Positions 12,543-25,986 of a stretch of DNA of 64,000 bases are shown piece after piece. Position 1 is the first letter of the stretch; the number at the start of each line of letters is the position of its first letter. A model generated the notes under the pieces. It was not told the DNA's origin and made no database searches. It was given only the letters and a program-made list of their open reading frames with translations. This DNA comes from Octopus sinensis (taxonomy: Eukaryota). The translations under genes were made by a program, and so were the position numbers. The stretch lies in the NCBI RefSeq assembly GCF_006345805.1, contig NC_043021.1, positions 20,584,001 to 20,648,000 of the forward strand, written 5' to 3'.

Positions 12543-14860
12543 CTCTATAAGAACGACAGTCCTCTACTGCTCTAGGTCTTTGGCACACGCCACTCGTCTC
12601 TGACAACGATATATCTAACACCGGCCAGTCTCCGCTTTCTTCTACACCAGACACCCGCCTACATCGTTGCTGTATGAACACTACCCTTGCCCTGTGAGAA
12701 AAGTTATGTTATACTGTACAACGGACAAAATGAAAAACTTTATAATGAGATAGATTCGTGGGACAGAGCGATAAAAGTGAATATAACAGAAGTTAGGGGA
12801 TTGCCCGAGTACATTCATTGTGCGGTGGCAGACTCAGAGTATCTTTCGAGAGTAAAGGATTATGAGGAGGACTTTGAGTGGTGGGTCAAGAAAATAAACA
12901 CCAGCTCAATACCAGAACGGGTAAGCTATTTTGAACTTTTACAGAAATTTAACTTAGACATTCTTCGGAAAGATGAAAGTTAGCTGTTGCAAATAGTGTT
13001 TTAAACTGTTACAAGTAGTGTTTTAAAAATAAGTATTAACAGGTTCATCGAAGTCGTGCGGAGGTGGAGCCGAACGGCTTCATTTCATTTATCATTTTAT
13101 CTTAATTCATCCTTTCCATCCGTGTTTTGTTTCTGTCCCCACCATGTGATGTCCCCTCTGTGTTAGGCCTTGTGTGGCTAATAAAGAAAGAGAATTCCTT
13201 AACTTCCTCGCTTCGCTCCCAAGCGACCCCCGGCATGCTGTTTTGCTCTATCGCGGTTTACGCTGGCCTTTCTCACACAAGAACATTCTTCTTCCATGGA
13301 CGCTGGCAGAATTGACCAAACTCAATGTCGTTATCTTCATGCCACCTAGAAACACTTCTATCAAGTTTTGTTTTCCATTTTCAAAGTACAACTGATGTCT
13401 TCACGCATTCATTCATTTACTGTTAACACATTAGAAACATCTCTATAAAACACTACACATCTCTCAAGAACACAACTTACCGCTTTAGAGGAAATCTTAA
13501 GCAAGACATGAAAACTCTATGTAACCCTCTGCTGTTTGTCCATCTGTCTTTGTATACCAATTACTATTGAACCAACATACAAACACAGTATCAACAAACC
13601 GCTACCGCCGACGTCGTCACTTCCACCAGACTGTGAACACTCCATTGGGCTATAAGCTACACATTAGCTACGAAGTGTAGTGAACTCACCATACTAATGA
13701 CCCTTAGACTGGTGATGAAATCACTAAAAAGGTATACTGAGAGTAAACAGCAGTGGTAAGAACTGAGCAAGAGAAAATCCCAAGCCTGGACAAAAGTAGA
13801 AATACAGTATTTAATAAATGTAATGATTAAAGTTTATACACATTACTGTGTTTTGTCTAGCGCGTGATGCCCCGATCTGCGGGAAAATGTCTTGAAACCG
13901 GACCATGGTGCAAAAGAAAAAGAATCTGAGATCGCTGTTCTACTTTATTCAATCTGAACACTGAGATATGCCCAACGCTAAACGATATTTGTGTACACTG
14001 GACGACACTGTACCTATACTTTTCAATGGCGCACCCTCAAATTAAAAAAAATACTGTTTACAAAAATCTTACTGCAATACAAATTAGTGCCCACCTAGAA
14101 TATTCTGCAGCTCCCACCCCCACCTCAGACACCAAAGTCTGGCGACAGGCCTGTTCTGAGCTCTTCACAGAAATAGAAAACATGTCGGATGTGTTTGTGT
14201 CAATAGGAAGCATGTATATTTATTTCTTTATTGCCCACAGGGGGTTAAACACAGAGAGGACAGGCAAAGGGATTAAGTCGATTATATCGACCCCAGTGAT
14301 TTACTGGTACTTATTTAATCGACCCCGAAAGGATGAAAGGCAAAGTCGACCTCGGCGGAATTTGAACTCAGAACATAACGGCAGACGAAATAGGAAGCAT
14401 GTATATTATTGACCTTACGCAAACGATGCTACCTTCATGAACATTCAACAGAGATAAAGAGAGCTTTGTAGCTACAGTCAAAGGAAATGATTGCAAAGAG
14501 AACACTCTATGATGGTCAACGAGAAACGACAATCACCAAAAAATAAAAACTACAAATGTATAGCAGTGATTCGAAACCGAATAGATACGCTGTCAGATCT
14601 CATAACTGAACCACAAAAGGTTCACGTGATCGGTTTAAACAACCAATCAGCATCACAGCAAGACAATTCAGGCAGACGGCTCAGACAGATGACCAGGAAA
14701 CTTCATTGCCACCAATAGAGCGCAATTGATTTCAGATATGATGGGCAAACCGTACGTTCCCGTACCAATAGCTTACTGTAAGTCTCAGAGCATTATCTCT
14801 CTTCCAGTTTGTAATTATTTCTATCCTTAACTGCAAATGGTTACAATTAATTCAACTAGC

Positions 14861-15481
14861 GGATCTTTTCGGTTTGAACGGCAGTTTTTAACATAATTTC
14901 TAGGTAACTAAAAAATTTTAAACTTCGTGTACTGGTAGAATGTGTTTATAAAACATCTTTTTCTCTTGGCTTTATTGAAAAAAATTCTATAGTTTGTAAG
15001 ATATTTGTTGTTTTTTTCTTCAGTTTCTGCAATTTCAACCAATCAGTGACGTCTATTGAGTTAAAAAGCATTCTGTGCCGTATGAATATGTCCCTAGTTT
15101 GGATCTTTTCGGTTTGAACGGCAGTTTTTTCTAGCGGTGTCATATGAAATTGTCACCCATAATTATGACCCTAGTATCGATCTATTGCATTTCAATCTGT
15201 TTTAGGGTTAGGGGTGGGAGAAAGGGTATCTTTTTTTCTTCACAAATGTAAATAAACCCAATTTGTTTCTTAAACGAGGGACATATTCATACGGCACAGA
15301 ATATTTTTTACCTCAGTAGACGTAATTGATTGGTTGAAATTGAAGAAAAAAATAACAAATATCTTACAAACTATAGAATTTTCTCAATAAAGCCAAGAGA
15401 AAACTACTAGTATACGAAGTTTAAAATTTTATAGTTACCTAGAAATTATGTTAAAAACTGCCGTTCAAACCGAAAAGATCC
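14861..15481. mobile_element. GGATC-ended foldback element, complete termini
   Basis: Long TIR GGATCTTTTCGGTTTGAACGGCAGTTTTTAACATAATTTCTAGG matched by its reverse complement at the right end. A second internal terminus lies at 15101, and TTAGGGTTAGGG at about 15202. Confidence 0.85.
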
Positions 15482-15757
15482 GAATGTCGTAGAAAAGAAG
15501 AATCGTAAGACTGATTCTTCAAGTCGAGCCAACCGGCAGGAGACCTAAGGTGGATGAAGAACGGGGTGGTTGGATAATATCCATAGTCTCAGTTGGTCAA
15601 GCTTGGGAATCCAACCGGAAAGTCTAATGATGGTTGCTTCTGATAGGACCCTATGGAGGAGGTGCCTGAGGATTCTACTCTCAAGAATATCCCACGAATA
15701 GTGGACGGATTGATGGATTACTAATGTTTTAGCGGTAAGTGTAAAGAAAATTTTTGA

Positions 15758-16010
15758 GGCATAGGAGTGGCTGTGTGGTAAGTAGTTTGCCTACGAACCA
15801 CATGGTTCCAGGTTCAGTCCCACTGCGTGGCACCTTGAGCAAGTGTCTTCTGCTATAGCCTCGGGCCGACCAAAGCCTTGTGAGTGGATTTGGTAGACGG
15901 AAACTGAAAGAACCCCGTCATATATATGTATATGTGTGTGTGTGTCTGCGTTTGTCCCCCCAACATCGCTTGACAACCGATTCTGGTGTGTTTACGTCCC
16001 CGTAACTTTG
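15758..16010 (+). mobile_element. SINE family A, 3'-truncated against a LINE fragment
   Basis: Family A head and core. Confidence 0.8.
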
Positions 16011-16500
16011 CTGATCTTGCTGCCAAGGTAGACAAACTCACTAACATCCTCCACAGGTGCCCCCTCGATTGTGATTGGCTCTTCCTGCTTGTTGTTGATA
16101 CGCAGCACTTTTGTCTTTTCCCGGCTGATCCTCAAGCCCATTCGCCGTTAAGTTTCTGTCAGGTGTTCTACCTTGTCTTGCAGGCGATGTGACAGCCGCG
16201 CGAGACCATCTGCGTAGTCCAAGTCCTCTAGCTTGTTCATCAGTGTCCAATGAATACCTTTCCCAGCACGACGAGGAACAGGAGCGGTGACAACAAACAG
16301 CCCTGTCTGACTCCCGTGCTGACTCTGAATTCCTCCGACAATCTCCCAGCATGGATGACCTGGCAAAAAAAAACTCCTCGTAGAGAAATCGGATAATGCC
16401 CACGATCTTCTCTGGCACACCATAGTGTCGTAAAATGTCCCAGATTGTCTACCTGTCCACGCTGTCAAATGCTTTTTCAAAGTCGACAAAGCACACATAG
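16010..16500 (-). mobile_element. LINE reverse transcriptase fragment (RTE-like)
   Basis: Across frames: YVCFVDFEKAFDSV-like, G.PEKIV.IIR, GVRQGC.LSP-like and LEDLDYADG motifs. Confidence 0.8.
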
Positions 16501-17509
16501 AGTATTTAGTTGAGTTTCCCCAATTTCATATCATCTGCCATTTTCCCCTGACCCTCTTTCAGTTTGACAAGATGTTTTAAATTTTTCTGACGTCTAAGAA
16601 TGAATATCGATGTGTATAAGTCTTTCCCCAAATATAGTCCAGAATTGAAGAGGCAGGTTTATCTTATCTTACTCATTTTGCTCCAGCTAAATTTTTCTTT
16701 TATATGCTCAAGGAGAACGGTTGTAATTTCCTGAAATGTTCTAAATATATTATAGTGTTTTTAATGCATTTAGCGAAGGTCATTTGCTCAGCTGATATAT
16801 ATTTCTTTACTACCCACAAGGGGCTAAACACAGAGGGGACAAACAAGGACCGACAAACGGATTAAGTCGATTACATTGATCCCAGTGCGTAACTGGTACT
16901 TAATTTATCGACCCCGAAAGGATGAAAGGCAAAGTCGACCTCGGCGGAATTTGAACCCAGAACGTAACGGCAGACGAAATACGGCTACGCATTTCGCCTG
17001 GCGTGCTAACGTTTCTGCCAGCTCGCCGCCTCATATATAGCTGATATAGTTTTTGTAAGGTTGTGACCATTTGTAAAAAATATTTTTCTCTCAAAGTCCA
17101 AAAATTCAGTAAAAACTCCTTATCGTGGACCCCCCACCGTCTCCATTTTTCAGAAGGTTATGAGGAGAGACAAAGTCAATAGCGGGGGGTGAGGTTACAC
17201 TTTTGCATTAATTCTTTCGAAGAATTTGACTTCAATTGAATATATTTTACATAAAAGCTAGCATTCAAAGAGAGAAGGAAAATAAAAACTATTTGAATTA
17301 AAATTTTTTATCGCTCTGCCGTCAGCAAAGCGGCAGGCACTAAATAGAACTAATAGCAAATTAATGTAAATATATACACAATACGACCACGAACACACAT
17401 CTATCTGAACACACAAACTTCGTTGTCTCAATTGCTCATTTAAGTTCCACCGATGTCTCTGACTTGCTTTGTACAAATATGTCTGTCTCTTCGCCTGTCT
17501 GTCTGTTGG

Positions 17510-18135
17510 TTGGTGTGTATGTATGTATGATTGAGTATATATGTGTATGTATGTTTGTATGTATGTATGCGTGTATACGTATGTATGTATGTGTTTGTCT
17601 ATATATGCGTGTGAATGTATCTGCCTGCGTGTATATGTGTGTGTGTATGTATAATGAGTATAGTGTGCGTGTATGTATGTTTAATGAGTATATGTGTGTA
17701 TGTATGTATGTATGTATGTTTAATGAGTATATGTGTATTTATATATGCATGTATGTATGTACAATAAGTAGATGTGTCTGCCTGTATGTATGTGTTTGTT
17801 TGTATGTCTATGTATGTATGTATGTATGTAGGTGTGTATGTATGTGTGTGTGTGTACGTATGCATACATGTAGGTGTGTGTATGAATGAATGTATGTATG
17901 TATGTATGTATGTATGTATGTGTTTGTCTATATGTATGTGTCTGCCTGTGTGTATATGTGTGTATGTGTCTATATATGTATGTGTAGCGTAGTCGTCACT
18001 ACATATGTTTAATGAGTATAGTGTGTGTATGTATGTATGTATAATGAGTATATGTGTGTGTATGTATGGATGTATCTATGTATATACAATAAGTAGATAT
18101 GTCTGTCTATGTATGTACGTACGTACGCATGTATT
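17510..18135. repeat. Compound (TATG)/(TG) microsatellite
   Basis: Low-complexity GT-rich tandem sequence. Similar tracts at 21615-21782, 32300-32510, 32700-32980, 60320-60562 and 63420-64000. Confidence 0.95.
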
Positions 18136-18829
18136 TAATCTTATACTGTCCTCCATTCGCCAACGAAGCCATAAAATAAATTGCTTTAATTAACCAAATA
18201 TAATTGGGGGGAGTCGGTTTAACACGTCGACGCGTCGGATCAGTGATATTGTTTCAATTCCCCCGAGAGAGACTGAATGCTAATCATCCGCCCCAGTTTA
18301 ATTTCTAGATTACGAATATTTAACGTTTTATGAACGCTACAAACAAGTTCGCGAAAGAAAGCTAAACAAGGAGAAAACAAAAAAAAAAAAGAAGAAAAAC
18401 AAACACTTGCTGAGGCAAAGAATTTTGCTGTAGAAGCATCCACGTCACAGAAAGTGACGTCTTCTTCCTTGATATCCTCGCCCTATTTCCAACATGTACA
18501 AGGTATGTATGCGTCTAAAGACGGGCGTAACTCCGGCGGATGTAAAGTGGTTTAATAATGGTATGCTGTCGTCTAGAGGCGCATCCCAACAGCATAGCAT
18601 TGGGAATACCCATGTTTTTCCACGTTCACAAGCATTTTAAGATCTCTTTATCAATCAAGATCTGGTCTTTTCTTTTACATACTTCCATCTGTAATAACTA
18701 TAGAAGTGTGCTCCTTACCATAGACTTTTTTCGTCTGAACTTTCTTCGGGGGTGGGGATGGATAATTCTGAATGAATTTTTCTACAACTACCCTTCGGCT
18801 GGTGTAGCTTACAATTATACAGGAATTTG

Positions 18830-19249
18830 GGATCTTTTCCTTTTGAATGGCACTTTTCAACACAATTTCTAGTTAACTAAACACTTTTAAACTTCGTATA
18901 CTGGTAGAATGTGTCAAAATAAAACATTTTTTTTCTTTTGGCTTTCTTGAGAAAATTGTAATTTGTAAGTTTAACGTAGTTTAATTTTTCGAATTTTAAC
19001 CAATCAATCGCCTCTATTGAGCTAAAATCACTTGCTGCGTCTTGACAACCGGTGTGTTTACGTCCCCGTAACTTAGCGGTTCAGCAAAAGAGACTGATAG
19101 AATAAGTACTCGGCTTACAAAGAATAAGTTCTGGGGTTGATTTCTTCGGCTAAAGGTGGTGCTCCAGCATGGCCACAGTCAAATGGCTGAAATAAGTAAA
19201 AGAGTAAACTTTGAATTTTCGAAAATTGGCAGCCAGATTGAAAAGATCC
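18830..19249. mobile_element. Divergent GGATC-ended element interrupted by a SINE 3' part
   Basis: Starts GGATCTTTTCCTTTTGAATGGCAC with homology to the 14861 arm and ends AAAAGATCC. A family A tail is inserted at about 19041-19207. Confidence 0.65.
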
Positions 19250-19519
19250 TCACAATTTTCCAAAAGCTGCATTTGTGTTTCCCATACATGAGAACACTCC
19301 AGTATCAATGCCAGCATTTGAGGATTGCGTAGCTCAACTTACATTGTACATACTCTGCATGGGTATCCTCGATCCAGTTGGCGCAGTACTTCTGTTTTTA
19401 CAGTGTTGATAGCGAGGTCAAAGTTGTTGCACACTTTTAAGATTTGAACAACACATATGCATCTATAAATTTATTTTGTATAATTAAATCGAAATTGAAC
19501 CTGGCACGTAACAAGTGCT

Positions 19520-19812
19520 ATCCGAATCGTGGCCGATGCCAGCACCGCCTTGACTGGCTTCCATGCCGGTGGCATGTAAAAAGCACCAATCCGATCGTGG
19601 CCGTTACCAGCCTTGCCTGGCACCTGTGCAGGTGGCACGTAGAAAGCACCCACTACACTCACGGAGTGGTTGGTGTTAGGAAGGGCATCCAGCTGTAGAA
19701 ACACTGCCAGATCAGACTGGAGCCTGGTGCAGCCTTCTGGCTTCCCAGATCGCCGGTTGAACCGTCCAACCCGTGCCAGCATGGAGAACAGACGTTAAAC
19801 GATGATGATGAA
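19520..19812 (+). mobile_element. SINE/LINE-tail family C ending in (GAT)n
   Basis: GGAGTGGTTGGTGTTAGGAAGGGCATCCAGCTGTAGAAAC...GACGTTAAACGATGATGATG. Other copies near 21152-21470(-), 24255-24505(-), 37830-38180, 38520-38712, 47400-47520, 48577-48890(-) and 56950-57147. Confidence 0.8.
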
Positions 19813-22800
19813 TTATATTTGTGATGTTGTTTTTTTTGTGCATGTGTGGAAAACAAAAACTTTTATAATCCTTTCCACTCTAAGCACAAATGCCTGAGAT
19901 ATTTTTTTTGGTTGTGTGTGCGTGTGTATGTGATATCGGCACCAGTACTCGCCACCAGTATGATCCTTCTCCTTCTTTCTTCTTCTTCTAGCATTCACCC
20001 GGGGTGGGTTGAGCTGGCTTCATTCATCCTCAATGCTGCATCTCTCACAAACACTGACCAGGCCTGGCGATTTGAGGCTAACGACTGCATGATCTCCAAC
20101 CACTCCTTATTCCATTCCAGCGGCGAACGCCGTAGATATGGGGGCCTAGGTTGGGTTCCAGATCAGCCTTGACTGTCATCAGCCAAGTTTTTCGTTGTCC
20201 ACCACATCGCTTTCGCCAACCCTGAAGGGGAGCTGGGGAAATTGCTTCGTAGATGAAATCTCCTTCAACTATTCCTCTTCTTCTTCTCCGCCTCCTTCTC
20301 CTCGGCATCGCCATTATCGTCGTCTTCCTCGTCGATGTCATTGTTGTCATCATCATCATTGTCGTCATCATTATTATTACCCTCATCCTCATTTAAATTG
20401 TTGACTATTTCCTTCAATTGTGGCGGAAAGTGTAACGGAGCAAAAACAAAATTAAATGTTCATAATGCTCCAACCTTGAATTTATTTTTAATACAAATTC
20501 ACCATTAAAAATTGTGAAGTTTCTCTCTCTCTCTGTGTCCCCCTCCCCTCCTCTCATGTATATCTAATTCTAATTCAGTTTCCATGCTTGGTTTCATTTG
20601 TCCTTGTTGAGAGATAGATTGGTATGTATGCATGTATGTACGTGTCATTATTCAGTTTATTTCAAGATTTCTTGCCAATAAAGAGCCGGTTTCTAACTGA
20701 GATCCAAGGCTCCGTCATTGGAATTTCAACATGAACAATGGGGTAGTTTTGTATGTATGTATGTACTAGCTGTTGGACCTGGCATTGCGGTTCGGCAAAA
20801 GAGACCGATAGAATATGTACTAGGCTTCCAAAAAACAAGTCCTGGGGTCGATTTGCTCGACTAAAGGCAGTGCTCCAGCATGGCCGCAGTCAAATGACTG
20901 AAACGAGTAAAAGAGTATATTTTTACTTTTCCACTTAGAGATTGTATTTGTAATATGTATGTTAACCGGTTGTTTTCTGTTTCAGAAAATCCTAGCTTTT
21001 CCAGATTACCAATTAGACATTTATTAACAAAAAATGAATTGCACCAGTTGTTATTGGTCTAAATGTGAATTTATCTATGAAGCATGGAAGCTGAAGGCTT
21101 CAAAGCAATTATCCGTAGTTATCCTCTTTCGGCACCTTTTGGTTATCTCAACATCATCATCATCGTTAAACGTCCGCTTTCCATGCTAGCATGGGTTGGA
21201 CGGTTTGACTAGGGTCTGGGAAGCCAGGAGGCTGCACCAGGCCCAGTCTGATCTGGCAGTGTTTCTACAGCTGGATGTCCTTCCTGATGCCAACCACTCT
21301 ATGAGTGTAGTGGGTGCTTTTTACGTGCCACCAGCACAGGTGCCAGGTGAGGCTGGCAACGGCCATGATTGGTTGGTGCTTTTTACATGCCACCGGCACG
21401 GAGGCCAGGCGAGGCAGGCAACGGCCATGTTCGGATGGTTCTTTTACGTGCCACCGGCACTGGTATCACAACTACTATTTCCATTGATTTTTGACTGATT
21501 TCGATTATCCCATTAAAAAACTGCCATTAAATAATTGGATTATCTCCCCACTAAAAAAGCGAGTTAATGTGGCAACAAGAGATTGGATTAAAAGAATTAG
21601 ATCCTTTTGATTCAATACACATACATATACATATATACACATATACATATATACACATATACACATATACATACACACACATATATATACATACACACAT
21701 ATATATATATATATATACACATATATACACACATATATATATACACATATATATATACACACATATATATACACACATATATAATCCATACAGTTATCCG
21801 AAGGGTTTCTAAACGGTTATAATTTCAGTAGAGTGATCCCCATTCCTCATACTTTGAGCTTGTTAAAGAAGGTATGTGTCACTGTAAAGCTACTGCAAAA
21901 TTCAAATTTAGGCTCATTGGAGATTTGAAAAGGAAGATTTCGAATTACCTGATTATTTGAATGCATAATTGATCAGGAAACGTAAAATTGAATGTATGCA
22001 CATGTACACACAGTATATCATCATCATCATCATCAGTTTATGTCTGTTTTTTCATGCTTGCATGTGTCAAGCACATTGACTCGCCACATATTGCAGTAGT
22101 TTGTAATCTTTCAACACTTCCTTTGTCTTCAGCCATAGGCTTTTCCTATTTGAATTGTTTGGCACTATACACACGCACACACATTTATACAAACATACAA
22201 GGCAGAACGAGCGTGATTGGTCCAGTGATAAGGGTGTTACAACCACGATCACGAAATTGTGGGTTCAATACTCGGCTCGGGGAATGCGTTGTTTTCTTGA
22301 ATAAAACATTTCATTTCACTTTGTTTCTGTGGTTACTTCGACACCTGACGTGCGACACACCGCGCACCTGTTCAGGCAATATCGATTTGATGGAAGGCAG
22401 TGAGCTGGCAGAAACGTTAGCACGCCGGGCGAAATGCATAGCTGTATTTCGTCTGCCGTTAGGTTCTGAGTTCAAATTTTGCCGAGGTCGACTTTGCCTT
22501 TCATCCTTTCGGGGTCGATAAATTAAGTACCAGTTAAGTTGACTTAATCCGTTTGTCTGTCCTTGTTTGTCCCCTCTGTATTTAGCCCCTTGTGGGTAGT
22601 GAAGAAATAGGTAGTGTTTCTTTTTGACTCCGCACACGTTGTGTTTAAAAACCTGTTTATATTCTTGAATGTGACAAAGTGTAGAATTAGATTATTATCC
22701 TGCTTCCAGCTATAGTGTTGCTGCCAGAATTTGAAAAATATTTACAGAATATTAAAACAAAGGCTAAAAATGTTCTGAAGCAGCACCCCCACTAATTTTA

Positions 22801-23129
22801 TCTATGAGCCACCACTGCTGGGAAGTTATATTATCTTAAGTGTTAAAGACAACGTCTGTCGGCCATGCTCGTGCTTAAATTTAAAATTAATAAAATCTTG
22901 CACAGCAATTTAAAATCAAGAAATTTGAAGTCAATGACAACTGACCTCAATGAGGTGCAAGTAATGCCGGTGAGAGTATTTGGCTTTTCCAACGCCTTAG
23001 CAATGCCATTGCCCATGATAATGCAGTGAGCGTGGTAGCTTGCTTCAGTAGGTTCCATTGATCCTTGTGGTGTGCGACCAATTGAATCACTTGGTGTTTT
23101 TTTTCTTTTCTTACCCACCCCCTTTTTAT

Positions 23130-23462
23130 TTTACTCTTTACTCTTTTACTTGTTTCAGTCATTTGACTGCGGCCATGCTGGAGCACCGCCTTTAGTCGAG
23201 CAAATCTACCCCGGGACTTATTCTTTGTAAGCCCAGTACTTATTCTATCGGTCTCTTTTGCCGAACCGCTAAGTGACGGGGACGTAAACACACCAGCATC
23301 GGTTGTCAAGCAATGCTAGAAGGACAAACACACACACATACACATATATACATATATACGACGGGCTTCTTTCAGTTTCCGTCTACCAAATCCACTCACA
23401 AGGCATTGGTCGGCCCGGGGCTATAGCAGAAGACACTTGCCCAAGATGCCACGCAGTGGGAC
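23130..23462 (-). mobile_element. SINE family A, 5'-truncated
   Basis: Reverse complement of the family A body and tail. Confidence 0.85.
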
Positions 23463-23956
23463 TTATTTATTTTTCTTCTTTGTCATTCTTTTGTAAAATA
23501 AATTCCTGTCCATATTTCGATTGAAAATAAAAGAATCATAATTGATAAAAAAAATTAAAGAAGACAATTTTCACAACCACAAAATAAATAGATAACTGCT
23601 TGCACAACAGAGCTAAGTTTTTAACCTACAAAGCAAAGCTGTTCAGAGAGCAAGTTCTCCTGCTTTGCAACGTCATGAGAGTAATTTCAGAATTTTCTTT
23701 TTCCTAGAGTAAAAGATGTCTAAACAGAACCCACGAGTCTCTCACTGCCACCTGTTGGACAGGCATTGACTCTATTGATTCACCTGTTCTTTGCACATTT
23801 TGCTTTTCATGCTGTGGGGTGGGGACGAAAGCCATTATCTTTAAGAAGCACACTCGGTCGGGTTGCTAGTTCAGACACCGACAACCTGACCTTGCAACAG
23901 GTTGTACTGGGTAAGGTGTTACCAGTAGCACTAACAATGGCCTGAACACGCACACA

Positions 23957-23998
<42 letters not shown>

Positions 23999-24975
23999 AT
24001 ACTATGATATATTTATACATAATATCAATCTCAAATTTTGGTTCAAGGCTAACAAGTTTGTGGGAGGGAGTATGTCGATTATATCGACTCAAATGTTTAA
24101 CTGGTACTTATTTTGTCGACCCTGAAAGGATGAAAGGCAAAGTTGACCTCAGCGGGATTTGAACTGATGACGTGAAGATGGATGAAATACCCATTTCTTC
24201 ACTACCCACATGGGGCTAAACACAGAGGAGACGAACAAGGACAGACAAATGGATTCATCATCATCATCAGCATCATCGTTTAACGTTCACTTTTCATGCT
24301 AGCATGGGTTGGACGGTTCAACTGGGGTCTGGGAAGCCAGTAGGCTGCACCAGGCCAGTCAGATCTGGCAGTGTTTCTACAGCTTGATGCCCTTCCTAAC
24401 GCCAACCACTCCGTGAGTGTAGTGGGTGCTTTTTATGTGCCACCGACACAGGTGCCAGACGAGGCTGGCGAACGGCCACGCTCGGATGGTGTTTTTTTGT
24501 GCCACCGAATTGTCGATTATATCGACCCCAGTGTGTAACTGGTACTTATTGTGCCACCGAATTAAGTCGATTATATCGACCCCCCCCCCCAGTGTGTAAC
24601 TGTTTAATCGATCCCGAAAGGATGAAAAGCAAAGTCAACCTCGGTGGAATTTGAACTCAGAATGTAGCGGCAGACGAAATACGGTGAAGCATTTCGCCCG
24701 GCATGCTAGCGACTCTGCCAGTTCTACATCTTAATACTCACACACACACACACACACACCTCAAATCACATCCCATGTAATTTAGTGGAAATTTGTAACA
24801 CGAGGTTCCTTTGTTGGCTTGTAGTCAAGAACATGTTCTCTGATGGTATTCGAACCTCATATTTATTGCATTGCAGCTGACTATGTTAACAATTAAAACA
24901 CAAAACCCTTGCCTTCTTGTCATTGATACTGAGCTGCCACACATTCTCCTCCCCCAATTATTTATTCTTTTATTT

Positions 24976-25389
24976 CTTTTACTCTTTTACTTGTTTCAGT
25001 CATTTGACTGCGGCCATACTGGAGCACCACCTTTAGTCGAGCAAATCGACCCTGGGACCTATTCTTTTTAAGCCCAGTACTTATTCTATCGGTCTATTTT
25101 GCTGAACCGCTAAGTGACGGGGACGTAAACACACCAGCATCGGTTGTCAAGCAATGCTAGGGGGACAAACACACACACATAAACACACACATGCATATAT
25201 ATATATATATACATACATATATACGACAGGCTTCTTTCAGTTTCCGTCTACCAAATCCACTCACAAAGCTTTGGTCATCCCGAGGCTATAGTAGAAGACA
25301 CTTGCCCAAGATGCCACGCAGTAGGACTGAACCCAGAACCATGTGGTTGGTAAACAAGTTACTTACCACACAGCCACTCCTGCGCCTAT
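24976..25389 (-). mobile_element. SINE family A, full length, flanked by a ~95-nt direct repeat
   Basis: Complete copy. Flanks 24881-24975 and 25386-25480 are identical. Confidence 0.9.
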
Positions 25390-25581
25390 GTTAACAATTA
25401 AAACACAAAACCCTTGCCTTCTTGTCATTGATACTGAGCTGCCACACATTCTCCTCCCCCAATTATTTATTCTTTTATTTTCCTGACTGTTACACCTGTT
25501 TCAAATATTTAATTATGTCATTTGCTGTGAACACTGATGAATGAAACAATACGCTAGATTTCGTGGGTTTTTTTCCCCAGT

Positions 25582-25986
25582 CAGGAGTGGCTGCGTGGTA
25601 AGTAGCTTGCTTACCAACCACATGGTTCCGGGTTCAGTCCCACTGCGTGGCATCTTGGGCAAGTGTCTTCTGCTATAGCCCCGGGCCGACCAATGCCTTG
25701 TGAGTGGATTTGGTAGACAGAAACTGTAAGAAGCCTGTCGTATATATGTATATATATATGCGTGTGTGTGTTTGTGTATATGTTTGTGTGTCTGTGTTTG
25801 TCCCCCTAGCATTGCTTCACAACCGATGCTGTTGTGTTTATGTCCCCGTCACTTAGCGGTTCGGCAAAAGGGTCCGATAGAATAAGTACTGGGCTTACAA
25901 AGAATAAGTCCCGGGGTTGATTTGCTCGACTAAAGGCGGTGCTCCAGCATGGCCGCAGTCAAATGACTGAAACGAGTAAAAGAGAG
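25582..25986 (+). mobile_element. SINE family A, near full length
   Basis: Head to tail, inverted relative to the 24976-25389 copy. Confidence 0.9.
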
